Both the position numbers and the translations under genes were made by a program. Source: Longimicrobiales bacterium (GTDB lineage: Bacteria; Gemmatimonadota; Gemmatimonadetes; Longimicrobiales; Gaopeijiaceae). Taken from it: 64,000 bases of DNA. The notes under the pieces were generated by a model that was not told the DNA's origin, made no database searches, and saw only the letters and a list, made by a program, of their open reading frames with translations. Location of the stretch: assembly GCA_963664435.2 (NCBI GenBank), contig CAXXKM010000003.1, positions 928,001-992,000 of the forward strand, given 5' to 3'. Positions 51,319 through 60,157 of this stretch are shown here, piece after piece (the stretch's first letter is position 1; each line of letters starts with the position of its first letter).

Positions 51319-51816
51319 GTGGACGAATCCCCCTCCGACATTCGCGGATTCCACGGACCGTTTGGTGTGGCGGACCTGATCCATGGCTGGCGGCTGGCCG
51401 CGCCCGAACACTCCCGCACCGTCGAAGACATGCTCTCCGGGGATGGAGCTCTTCGGTATGGCGGGCGCTGGAACAGCCCGGGGCAGCGGGCGGTCTACCT
51501 GGCAGGCAGTTTGGCGCTGGCGAGCCTGGAGCTGCTCGTTCACCTCAGGGTGCCGGATGTCCTGAGGGCATACCGGAAGCTCTGTGTCGGCATCCCGCCG
51601 AATCTCGTCAAGGCAGTGGATCGTCGGGAGCTGCCCGCCGACTGGGCCCGCACCAGCCTCCATCCCGCCACCCAGAGGATCGGTGACCACTGGTTGGACT
51701 CGCTCGAGTCGGCCGTCCTCGCGGTGCCGAGCGCGGTGGTCATCGATGAGGTGAATTACATCGTCAATCCCATGCATCGAGACTTCGCGAGACTCCAGCC
51801 GGATGAGATCACCTAA
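51319..51816 (+). CDS. RES-domain toxin (NAD+ phosphorylase family)
   Basis: SGDGALRYGGRWN, VYLA, LELLVH, VPSAV and NYIVNPMH; start may be 51367. Confidence 0.9.
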   Translation: MDESPSDIRGFHGPFGVADLIHGWRLAAPEHSRTVEDMLSGDGALRYGGRWNSPGQRAVYLAGSLALASLELLVHLRVPDVLRAYRKLCVGIPPNLVKAVDRRELPADWARTSLHPATQRIGDHWLDSLESAVLAVPSAVVIDEVNYIVNPMHRDFARLQPDEIT

Positions 51817-52802
51817 TCCTCCCGCACCCTCAGGACCAGCTTGCCGAAGTGGGCGCTCGCCTCCATCTGCCGGTGCGCCTCGGCCGCCTCCCGCAGCGGC
51901 AGGACCTTGTCGATGAGGGGCACGATTCGGCGCGCGGCGAAATGGGGGACCACCACCCGCTCGAACTCGGCCATGATGTCGGCCTTCTCGGGCACCGGCC
52001 GCGAGCGCAGCACCGAGCCGATGACCGTGTGTCGCTTGACCATCAGCAGGGCCAGGTTGAGTTCGGCCTTGAGCCCGCCCATCAGGCCGATCACGACCAG
52101 GCGGCCGCCGGGCGCCATGGCCTTCAGGTTGCCCTTCAGGTAGGCGGCGCCGATGTGGTCGAGCACCACGTCCACCCCCCGCCCCCCCGTGAAGGCGCGC
52201 GCCGCCGGGGCGAAATCCTCGGCCGTGTAGTCCACCACGTGATGCACTCCCATCGCGCGCACCCGCTCCACCTTGCCCGGCGAGGCCGTCACGACCATGC
52301 GGGCGGCCGGCACCAGCGTTCGGCACAGGTGGATGGCGGCCGTGTTCACCCCGCCCCCGCCGCCGTGCAGCAGCACCGCATCGCCGTCGCCGAGCCCGCC
52401 CAGCATGAACAGGTTGAGGTACGCGGTCACGTAGGTCTCGCAGACGCACGCCGCCTCCTCCCACGACAGCGCCTCGGGGACCCGTACCAGGTGGCCCTCG
52501 TAGGCGCACGCGAACTCCGCGTATCCTCCGCCGGCCACCAGCGTCATCACCCGGTCGCCGGGACCGAAGCGCGCGACCCCGGGGCCCGTCTCGAGCACCA
52601 CGCCCGCCACCTCGAGCCCCAGGACCTCCGACTCGCCGGGGGGCGGAGGGTACTTCCCGTTGCGCTGGCTGATGTCGGCGTGATTAACGGTGGTCGCCAC
52701 CACCTCGATGAGCACCTGGCCCGGGCCGGGCACGGGTCTGGGGGCATCGCCCCAGCGCAACACCCCCGCATCCCCGAAACCGTCCATCAATACGGCTTTC
52801 AT
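51813..52802 (-). CDS. NAD(P)H-quinone oxidoreductase (PIG3 family)
   Basis: GKYPPPPGESEVLGLE, GGGYAE, HGGGGGV and HFGKLVL. Confidence 0.9.
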   Translation of the reverse strand: MKAVLMDGFGDAGVLRWGDAPRPVPGPGQVLIEVVATTVNHADISQRNGKYPPPPGESEVLGLEVAGVVLETGPGVARFGPGDRVMTLVAGGGYAEFACAYEGHLVRVPEALSWEEAACVCETYVTAYLNLFMLGGLGDGDAVLLHGGGGGVNTAAIHLCRTLVPAARMVVTASPGKVERVRAMGVHHVVDYTAEDFAPAARAFTGGRGVDVVLDHIGAAYLKGNLKAMAPGGRLVVIGLMGGLKAELNLALLMVKRHTVIGSVLRSRPVPEKADIMAEFERVVVPHFAARRIVPLIDKVLPLREAAEAHRQMEASAHFGKLVLRVRED

Positions 52803-53011
52803 GGCGTCTCCGTGGGCAAGTTCAGTCGCCGTGGGCGCTCCGCGCGGAGCCGCCCCGCGAGCCGCCGTCCGACTTGACCGGACTTCCGGCGCGCATCATC
52901 CTATCCGAAGCCGCCCTGCCGTGCGAGCCCCGGTGTTTCCGCGTCGCGTGTCGGAGGATGCCGCCGCCCGACGCACCCGCTGTACAGCATTCCCTCTGGT
53001 GGAGGAACTCG

Positions 53012-53659
53012 ATGAAGCTCTTCATGCCCCTGACCGCCGTCTTCGCCCTGCTCCTCGTCCCCGCCTGCGCCCAGGAGGCTGCTGAACAGGCCTCCTCCGA
53101 CATGGAGATGGCCGAAGAATCGATGGCCATGGATTCCATGGCTCAGGAACCCGACTGCTTCGTGCGCGGTGACCTGGAAGGTCGCCTCAGTTCGCTCGAG
53201 TCCGCCTCGACGTCGTTCGGCGACGTGATGGTCAAGGTCTGCTACGGCGCGCCGCTGCGCAGGGACCCCAACAACCCCGAAGTGACCCGGGAGATCATGG
53301 GCGCGCTGGTTCCCTACGACGCCCCCTGGCGCATGGGTGCCAACGAAGCCACCGCGATCTACCTGAGCGCGGCCGCGAGCGTGGGCGGCGTCGCCCTGGA
53401 CGCCGGCGCGTACTCCATCTACGCCACGCCCGCCATGGGTGACTGGACCGTCCACATCAACTCCGTCAACGAGCGCTGGGGCATCCCCATCGGCCCCGAC
53501 GTGACGGCCAACGACGTGGGCAGCTTCCCGGTGACGCCGCGCATGGTGGGCGAGGCCGTCGATCAGCTTCGCTACACCTTCGTGGACGCCGACGGCGGCG
53601 CCGACCTGGTGATGGAATGGGAGCAGACCAGCATCAGCATCCCGTTCCGTTCGAGCTGA
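53012..53659 (+). CDS. DUF2911 lipoprotein
   Basis: Lipobox VPAC; LVPYDAPWRMGANEAT, AGAYSIY and WE; GGAGG SD. Confidence 0.85.
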   Translation: MKLFMPLTAVFALLLVPACAQEAAEQASSDMEMAEESMAMDSMAQEPDCFVRGDLEGRLSSLESASTSFGDVMVKVCYGAPLRRDPNNPEVTREIMGALVPYDAPWRMGANEATAIYLSAAASVGGVALDAGAYSIYATPAMGDWTVHINSVNERWGIPIGPDVTANDVGSFPVTPRMVGEAVDQLRYTFVDADGGADLVMEWEQTSISIPFRSS

Positions 53660-53708
53660 CCGGAGCCGGTCGACCCTATCCGGGAGGCCGCAGCCCCGCG
53701 GCCTCCCC

Positions 53709-54236
53709 TCAAGCCACCCGGTCCCGCCCCTTCGGGAGCCAGTCCGCATACCGCCGGTACGCCGGTTCCGCCTGTCCGTACCGGCGGTAGCACTGCTCCG
53801 CCAGCCACTGCATCCACTCGTTGAACTTCTCGTCGCCGCTCCGGTCGCGGATTTCGTGCGTCCAGTCCTCGAGCCGCTCCCAGGAACCAAGGACCGCCCC
53901 GCCCATGAACTCCCATACCAGCTCCAGCGAGACCATGTGGCGGTGGGCCATGAGCCCGACGGACTCGAAGGTCAGCGAGACCAGCATGGCTGCGTCCTCG
54001 TACTCGCTGCCGCGCTCCCGGATTTCGGAGCCGTCCAGCCCCGGCGGAAGGGTGAAGACCAGGCGAAGGGCGCGCGCCATCGTCGGGGCCTGCAGGGAGC
54101 GCGCGAGTTCGATGGCCGCGGTTGCGCGCCGCTGGATGCTGTACTGCTGAATCTGCAGGTAGCCGAAAAGGAAACCTGCGATCACGACGAGGACACCGAC
54201 GATCTCCGCGAGATTCCCCAGGGATTCGAGGTTCAT
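53709..54236 (-). CDS. hypothetical protein with N-terminal TM helix (DUF4760-like)
   Basis: MNLESLGNLAEIVGV TM segment; FESVGL..W..FNEWMQWL. Confidence 0.6.
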   Translation of the reverse strand: MNLESLGNLAEIVGVLVVIAGFLFGYLQIQQYSIQRRATAAIELARSLQAPTMARALRLVFTLPPGLDGSEIRERGSEYEDAAMLVSLTFESVGLMAHRHMVSLELVWEFMGGAVLGSWERLEDWTHEIRDRSGDEKFNEWMQWLAEQCYRRYGQAEPAYRRYADWLPKGRDRVA

Positions 54237-54393
54237 CGTTCCGTCGGCACAGTCAGAGACAGGAGGAGCAGGAGCGGAGCAATACTAGCGTTTCGACGAG
54301 TCCCTGAACACCTGACCGCCGGAAGCAGCGCAACTTCCACGGACATGCTACATTCCGGGCATCCACACCGCACTCGACGAGGAGAGCTGATCG

Positions 54394-55341
54394 ATGCCGA
54401 CGTCCAACCGGGGGTTCACCGGCCGTGTCCTGCTGCTCGTGTTGATCGCCTTCCTTCCGGCGGTCGGCATCTACCTGTACGCGAACGCTGAGATCCGCTC
54501 CCTCCAGCAGGCGAATCAGGAGCAGGAGCTCCTGCGCGCCACGAGGGAGACGTCGGTGGAGTACAACCGGCTGCTGGAAGAGAGCCGCGTACTGCTGGCG
54601 ACGCTCGCCGCGTTCCCACAGGTCAACGGGATGCAGCAGCCGGAATGCACCGATATCCTGGGGCGCGTCTTCGATCAGGCCAATCACCTCAACGGGATCT
54701 GGGTGATCGGGCTCGACGGGTACGTCGGCTGCGGTTCCGTGCAGCCGGACGGGCTGCTCTACCTGGGCGACCGCACCTATTACATCCGCGCCATGAACGA
54801 AAACCGCCACGTCATCGGCAACTACCAGATCGGACGCGTCACCGGTCGCCCGGGCGTCGGGTCGGCGATCCCGATTCCCGATGAGGGCGGGACGCCCGCG
54901 GGTGTTCTGATCGCGAGCATCGATCTGCGCGCTCTGAGCGACGTCGCTCAGGACATGGAGCTGCCGCAGTCGTCCACCTTCACGGTGCTCGACCGGGAAG
55001 GCCGCGTGCTGGTTCGCCATCCCGCCGCGGAGAGCGAGGGCGACACGATCGGCGCGATGCGGACGGAGGGATTCCCCGACGCGGTCGACGAGCCCGGCAT
55101 CGTGCACGGCTCCGACCTCGACGGGAGCATGTCGGTGTTCGCGGTCGCGCCGCTTACGGGCGAAGGGGCGACCCCGGAAGGATACATCGCCATCGGGCGT
55201 CCTGAAGGGCAGATCAACTCGGAGGCGTCCGACGTGGTGAACCGGACTCTCGGGCTCGTGGCCCTCGCCGGACTCGCCCTGCTCACCGCAGCGTGGATCT
55301 TCGGCCGCTACCTCATCGCGAAACCGGCGTCCGGGGGCTGA
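54394..55341 (+). CDS. double-Cache sensor domain membrane protein with no cytoplasmic output
   Basis: TM, dCache (GDRTYY, GRVTGRP, LDREGRVLVRHP), TM; stops about 10 aa after TM2. Confidence 0.75.
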   Translation: MPTSNRGFTGRVLLLVLIAFLPAVGIYLYANAEIRSLQQANQEQELLRATRETSVEYNRLLEESRVLLATLAAFPQVNGMQQPECTDILGRVFDQANHLNGIWVIGLDGYVGCGSVQPDGLLYLGDRTYYIRAMNENRHVIGNYQIGRVTGRPGVGSAIPIPDEGGTPAGVLIASIDLRALSDVAQDMELPQSSTFTVLDREGRVLVRHPAAESEGDTIGAMRTEGFPDAVDEPGIVHGSDLDGSMSVFAVAPLTGEGATPEGYIAIGRPEGQINSEASDVVNRTLGLVALAGLALLTAAWIFGRYLIAKPASGG

Positions 55342-55462
55342 TTCGGGATGCACGCCTCGTCGGACGGGCTTCGATCGCCCGGCTCGGCACCGAAGCTTCG
55401 AATGGATTCTCGTCGGCGCCCCGCCGCCCTTCCGGGCCGCGGGGCGTTTCGCGTAGCTGCCC

Positions 55463-55506
55463 CGGGAGTTCTACATTCCCGTTACGGGAGTTCTACATTC
55501 CAGTTA
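55463..55506. repeat. 22-bp direct repeat upstream of the TonB receptor
   Basis: CGGGAGTTCTACATTCC(C/A)GTTA twice. Confidence 0.9.
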
Positions 55507-55709
55507 TCCGACCGTGATCGCTCGAGGTGCCGTCGCCGCGGGATTTGCGTGATATTCTTCCTGGGCCGAAACGGAGTTGGCCGGCGCGGCCGGCGCCAGG
55601 CTGGCTTCCGCTGTTGCCCGTCCAGTGTCGACGGCACGAACCCGTGGGGACGGGATTCGATTGGGGCAGGATTCCCCAGAATGAACATCTTGCAATAGGA
55701 GGATCGCCG

Positions 55710-58517
55710 ATGTTTGCCAGAATTCGTTTGAATGCAGTTCTCGCCGTGCTGGTCGCCGTCTGCGCCAGCGATCTGGCCGCACAGCAGGCCGCCACCATCA
55801 CCGGGCGCGTGACCGGGGAGGGGGGCGCCGGCGTAGCCAGCGCGCAGGTCGTGGTTACGCACGAACTGACCGGGGTCCAGACCGGAGCGCTGTCGGCGAA
55901 CGACGGCGCGTTCGTGGTCGAAGGAGTTCGTCCTGGCGGACCCTACACCGTGGAAGTGGTCATGATCGGTTACGGCCGCCAGTCCGCGACCGGCGTCTCG
56001 CTGGAGGCGGGCCAGTCGTTGTCGCTGGACTTCAGCCTGAGCCAGGAGGCGATCGCCTTCGACGCCCTGGAGGTCTTCGCCACCCGGGCCCAGGACCGGC
56101 AAACCCCGGTGGCGTTCACCAACGTGAGCAAGACGCAGATCCAGAACCAACTGGGTTCCCGCGATCTGCCGATGGTACTGAACGTGACCCCCAGCGTCTA
56201 CGCGACGTCGCAGGGGGGCGGCGCCGGCGATGCCCGCATCAACGTGCGCGGCTTCAACCAGCGCAACACCGCCGTCATGATCAACGGCGTGCCCGTAAAC
56301 GACATGGAGAACGGCTGGGTCTATTGGTCCAACTGGGACGGCGTGGGCGACGCGGCCACCAGCATCCAGCTCCAGCGCGGGCTTTCGGCAGTCAACCTCG
56401 CCACGCCGTCCATCGGCGGCACGCTCAACGTCATCACGGATCCCGCGGACCGGGGCGGCGGCCTCATGTACAAGCAGGAGTTCGGGCTGGGCAGCCTGGA
56501 CGAAAACGGCGGCTGGGGCCTCGGCAACAACATGCTGAAGGAGACCCTGGTGGTGAACACGGGCCCCATGGGCGCGTTCGCGGCGACGGGTACGGTGGTG
56601 CGCAAGACCGGCGGCGGCATGTACCAGGGATTCACCGGAGGAGACGCGCTCTGGATGGACGCGTGGGCGTACTACCTCGCCACGTCGCTGCAGTTGAATC
56701 CCAGCAACCGGCTCGAGCTCTACGCGGTGGGCGCGCCGCAGCGTCACGGCCAGAACCTCTACAAGCTCAACGTGGCGAGCCTCGACGCCGATTTCGCGCG
56801 TTCGCTGGATGGATTCGACGCGGCGGCCTTCGACGAATATCCGGAAGTGGGCAGAGGACGAAGCCCCAACGTGGCCCCGGTCAGCGCCAGCTACAACGGA
56901 ACCCAGTACAACAGCACGGGCCCGGACGCCGGACAAAGGGACCGCTTCAACAGCGGCTACCTCAACGAACGGGAGAACTACTTCCACAAGCCCCAGGTCA
57001 ACCTGAACTGGTATTCCTTCTTCGGCGACGGCCTGAGCCTGTCGACGGTGGGGTACTATTCCGGCGGCCGGGGCGGCGGCACCGGCACGTACGGGTCACT
57101 GGCGTGGAATTACGACTACGGTCAGCGCTTCGCGGACTGGAACGGCACCATCGAGCGCAACCGCTCCAACTCCACCGGATCCCGCGGGATCCTGCGCAAC
57201 TCGGTCAACAACCAGAACACGCTGGGCGCCATCTCGAAGCTGCGGAAGAGCTTCGAAGGAGGCCTCACCGCCGAGGTCGGCGTCGACTGGCGCACGGCCA
57301 CCATCGAGCACTACCGGGAGGTGCGCGACCTGCTGGGCGGCACCTACTACAACGACTGCTTCCGCAGCTGCAGCTCCGATTTCTGGACGGAGGCCCAGCA
57401 GAACCGCGGGCTGGGCGACAAGATCGCCTACCACAACGAGAACACGGTGAACTGGCTGGGCGCGTTCGTTCAGGCGGAGAAGAGCACCACCTCGGGCTCC
57501 CTCTACGGCATGGCCGGGTGGGCTCAGAACTCCTACACCTTCGTGGATTTCTTCAGGCGCGACCCCGGCACGAACGGCTATCGGGAGCTCGAAAGTGGCA
57601 ACATCCCGGGTTACCAGATCAAGGGCGGCGCGGTTCGCAACCTCGACGACCAGTGGTCTGTCTACGCGAATGCAGGCGTCATCTCGAAGGTGCCGATCTT
57701 CGACGGCGTCATCGACGACAACAACGGCACGCTGAACCCGGATCCGGAGAACGAGAAGTTCCTCTCGGGCGAGGTCGGAAGCGAGTTCCGCTCCGCCAAC
57801 AGGGATGTCTTTCTGAGGCTCGGCCTATACCACACCACATGGAGGAACCGGACCCTGACCCGCTTCGTCCAGAACATCGGCGGCGTGGAAGGGGTGGACG
57901 GGCTGGTCAACCTGCTCGGCGTCGACGCGCGCCACATGGGCGTCGAGGCCGAAGGGTGGTTCCAGCCCAGCAACCTCCTGCGCTTCGACTGGGCGTTGTC
58001 GCTCGGAAACTGGAAGTACCTGGAGGACGTGTCCGGCACCTATCGGCCCGACGACCAGTCCAGCGAAACAGAGAACTACGACTTTTACATCTCCGGTCTC
58101 AAGGTCGCCGACGCGCCTCAGCACCAGATGGCGCTCAGCGCTTCGGTCTACCCGTCGGACGCCGCCTACCTGTCGCTGGTGGGCATGTTCTACGGTGACC
58201 ACTTCGCCCAGTTCGAGCCCTTCAGCCGCACCAACGCGGACGACAGAGCCCAGTCCTGGCAGCCCCCGGGTTATTCGGTATTCCACCTGCACACCTCGTA
58301 TTCGCTCGGCGACGTCCTGCCGATTGCGAACGGCGGCAGCCTGCGCCTGTTCGCGAACGTCTACAACCTGCTCGACACGGTCTACATCCAGGACGCCACG
58401 GATGCCTCGAGGTTCAACGGCTACCACGACGACGGCGACCGCCACGACGCGGACTCAGCGGAGGTCTTCCTGGGTTACCCGCGCAACCTGAACGTGGGGT
58501 TCCAGATCATCTTCTAG
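55710..58517 (+). CDS. TonB-dependent receptor
   Basis: AGGAGG SD; signal peptide; plug RINVRGFNQRN..INGVPVNDMENG; C-terminal Phe. Confidence 0.92.
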   Translation: MFARIRLNAVLAVLVAVCASDLAAQQAATITGRVTGEGGAGVASAQVVVTHELTGVQTGALSANDGAFVVEGVRPGGPYTVEVVMIGYGRQSATGVSLEAGQSLSLDFSLSQEAIAFDALEVFATRAQDRQTPVAFTNVSKTQIQNQLGSRDLPMVLNVTPSVYATSQGGGAGDARINVRGFNQRNTAVMINGVPVNDMENGWVYWSNWDGVGDAATSIQLQRGLSAVNLATPSIGGTLNVITDPADRGGGLMYKQEFGLGSLDENGGWGLGNNMLKETLVVNTGPMGAFAATGTVVRKTGGGMYQGFTGGDALWMDAWAYYLATSLQLNPSNRLELYAVGAPQRHGQNLYKLNVASLDADFARSLDGFDAAAFDEYPEVGRGRSPNVAPVSASYNGTQYNSTGPDAGQRDRFNSGYLNERENYFHKPQVNLNWYSFFGDGLSLSTVGYYSGGRGGGTGTYGSLAWNYDYGQRFADWNGTIERNRSNSTGSRGILRNSVNNQNTLGAISKLRKSFEGGLTAEVGVDWRTATIEHYREVRDLLGGTYYNDCFRSCSSDFWTEAQQNRGLGDKIAYHNENTVNWLGAFVQAEKSTTSGSLYGMAGWAQNSYTFVDFFRRDPGTNGYRELESGNIPGYQIKGGAVRNLDDQWSVYANAGVISKVPIFDGVIDDNNGTLNPDPENEKFLSGEVGSEFRSANRDVFLRLGLYHTTWRNRTLTRFVQNIGGVEGVDGLVNLLGVDARHMGVEAEGWFQPSNLLRFDWALSLGNWKYLEDVSGTYRPDDQSSETENYDFYISGLKVADAPQHQMALSASVYPSDAAYLSLVGMFYGDHFAQFEPFSRTNADDRAQSWQPPGYSVFHLHTSYSLGDVLPIANGGSLRLFANVYNLLDTVYIQDATDASRFNGYHDDGDRHDADSAEVFLGYPRNLNVGFQIIF

Positions 58518-59652
58518 TGTAGTGTCGCATAAGTGGCAGGGTTAACGCATGGAGAAGCCGCTATCTTCCATGCATGCCTGCTCTGCGAAGGATTCGATTG
58601 CGACCCGGGGACCGCAAGGAGCTCGAGGGATGGGTTCGAGCCCGCACGACCCCGCAGCGGCGCGTGGAGCGCGCCCGGATCATACTGGGTTCGGCCGGAG
58701 GTTTGCCGGGCCGGACGCTGGCCCGCGAGATCGGCGTCTCGCTGCCGACCGTGCAAAGATGGCTGGACCGGTACGACGAAGAGGGGCTCGCGGGACTTGA
58801 GGATCGGTCCCGCCCCGGTCGGCCGCGAAGTACGATCACGCCCGAAGTCGAGGCCGAGGTCGTGCGCCGCACGCTCGAGGAGAAACCGCCGCGGGGGACG
58901 CACTGGAGCACCCGCCTGATGGCCGAGGGCATGGGGCTGCATCACAGCCAGGTGGGGCGGATCTGGAACGCCCACGGACTGAAGCCCCACAGGGTGCGCT
59001 ACTTCAAGCTCTCCACCGATCCCCGCTTCGTCGAGAAGCTCCGCGACGTGGTGGGGCTCTACGTGGCGCCGCCGGAGCGGGCGATCGTCTTCTCCTTCGA
59101 CGAGAAGAGCCAGATCCAGGCCCTGGACCGGACCCAGCCGGGGTTGCCGCTCAAGAAGGGACGGGCGGGCACCATGACGCACGACTACAAGCGCCACGGG
59201 ACCACGACGCTGTTCGCGGCGCTGGACGTCGCCACCGGAGAGGTCATCCACCAGTGTCTGCCCCGTCACCGGCACCAGGAGTTCCTCCGCTTCCTGCGCA
59301 CCGTCGAAAAACAATGCGACCCGGAACTCGACCTGCACTTCATCCTCGACAACTACGCCACCCACAAGCATGCCCGAGTGAAGGACTGGCTGGACCGGCA
59401 CCCCCGAGTCCACTTCCACTTCGTGCCCACCTCGTCCTCGTGGCTCAATCTCGTCGAGCGCTTCTTCTCCGAACTCACGCAGCGCCAGCTCAAACGCCTC
59501 GCCGTCCACAGCGTCGGCCAGCTCGTCCACGCGATCACGTCCTACATCGACCACAGGAACCGCGCCCCGAAACCCTTCGTCTGGACCGCCACCGTTCGCG
59601 ACATCCTGGCTAAGGTCAACCGTGCCAACACCGCTTTAGCGGCACAACACTA
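58515..59652 (+). mobile_element. IS630-family insertion sequence with TA target duplication
   Basis: Left end TAGTGTAGTGTCGCATAAGTGG; right end reverse-complements to TAGTGTTGTGCCGCTAAAGCGG; CTAG at both junctions. Confidence 0.92.
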
Positions 59653-59653
59653 G
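58574..59653 (+). CDS. IS630 family transposase
   Basis: HTH, RPGRP, THWSTR, DEKSQIQAL, THDYKRHGTT, DNYATH and SWLNLVER DDE motifs; uninterrupted frame. Confidence 0.95.
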   Translation: MPALRRIRLRPGDRKELEGWVRARTTPQRRVERARIILGSAGGLPGRTLAREIGVSLPTVQRWLDRYDEEGLAGLEDRSRPGRPRSTITPEVEAEVVRRTLEEKPPRGTHWSTRLMAEGMGLHHSQVGRIWNAHGLKPHRVRYFKLSTDPRFVEKLRDVVGLYVAPPERAIVFSFDEKSQIQALDRTQPGLPLKKGRAGTMTHDYKRHGTTTLFAALDVATGEVIHQCLPRHRHQEFLRFLRTVEKQCDPELDLHFILDNYATHKHARVKDWLDRHPRVHFHFVPTSSSWLNLVERFFSELTQRQLKRLAVHSVGQLVHAITSYIDHRNRAPKPFVWTATVRDILAKVNRANTALAAQH

Positions 59654-59702
59654 CCCCCGTGGCCGGCCCCGCGCTGTCCGGGGCCGACGGGCGGAAAAAC
59701 AT

Positions 59703-59732
59703 CGGCCCCGCCGGAGCGCTCCGGCGGGGCCG
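59703..59732. terminator. GC-rich palindromic terminator, probably bidirectional
   Basis: Perfect 30-bp palindrome CGGCCCCGCCGGAGCGCTCCGGCGGGGCCG; U-tract on the minus strand after the tRNA. Confidence 0.75.
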
Positions 59733-59760
59733 TGTTCCTGCGGGGAAGGCGGACGGGCGA

Positions 59761-59834
59761 TGGGCCCAGCAGGACTCGAACCTGCGACCGTCGGATTATG
59801 AGTCCGCTGCTCTGACCAGCTGAGCTATGGGCCC
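59761..59834 (-). tRNA. tRNA-Ile2 (CAU anticodon, lysidine-modified); CCA not encoded
   Basis: GGGCCCATAGCTCAGCTGGTCAGAGCAGCGGACTCATAATCCGACGGTCGCAGGTTCGAGTCCTGCTGGGCCCA; upstream TTGTAC-N18-TACCTT promoter. Confidence 0.88.
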
Positions 59835-60157
59835 GTCCGGCACCTGCTCGCCCGTCCGCGCCTCCCGCGCCACAAAGGTACGCAATCGAAACCCCCGCGT
59901 ACAATCGGGGGCGGGGCGTAGGAGCAAAAGGGCAGGCGCGGACGGATTTGTTTGACAGATCCAGGCTCTTATGGCGGACAACGCAGGTGCCGCCGACCAA
60001 GGGGGAGTCGCCGGCGGGCACGCGAGCGAGATGTCCGCCGAGTGCATATGTTTACGGCGCCCCGGGGCGGGGGATTTCCCTTTGCGCGGTCTCTTGCCCA
60101 CTTTGTTCTCCCCCAGAGCCCGAAGCGAACACCCACCATGAGCGACCGGAACGCCGA

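Noticed and set aside
59761..59834. tRNA-Met, or a tRNA-anchored integrative element
   Set aside because: The GGGCCC acceptor stem and anticodon arm fit Ile2 better. I found no integrase or duplicated tRNA 3' end in the window.
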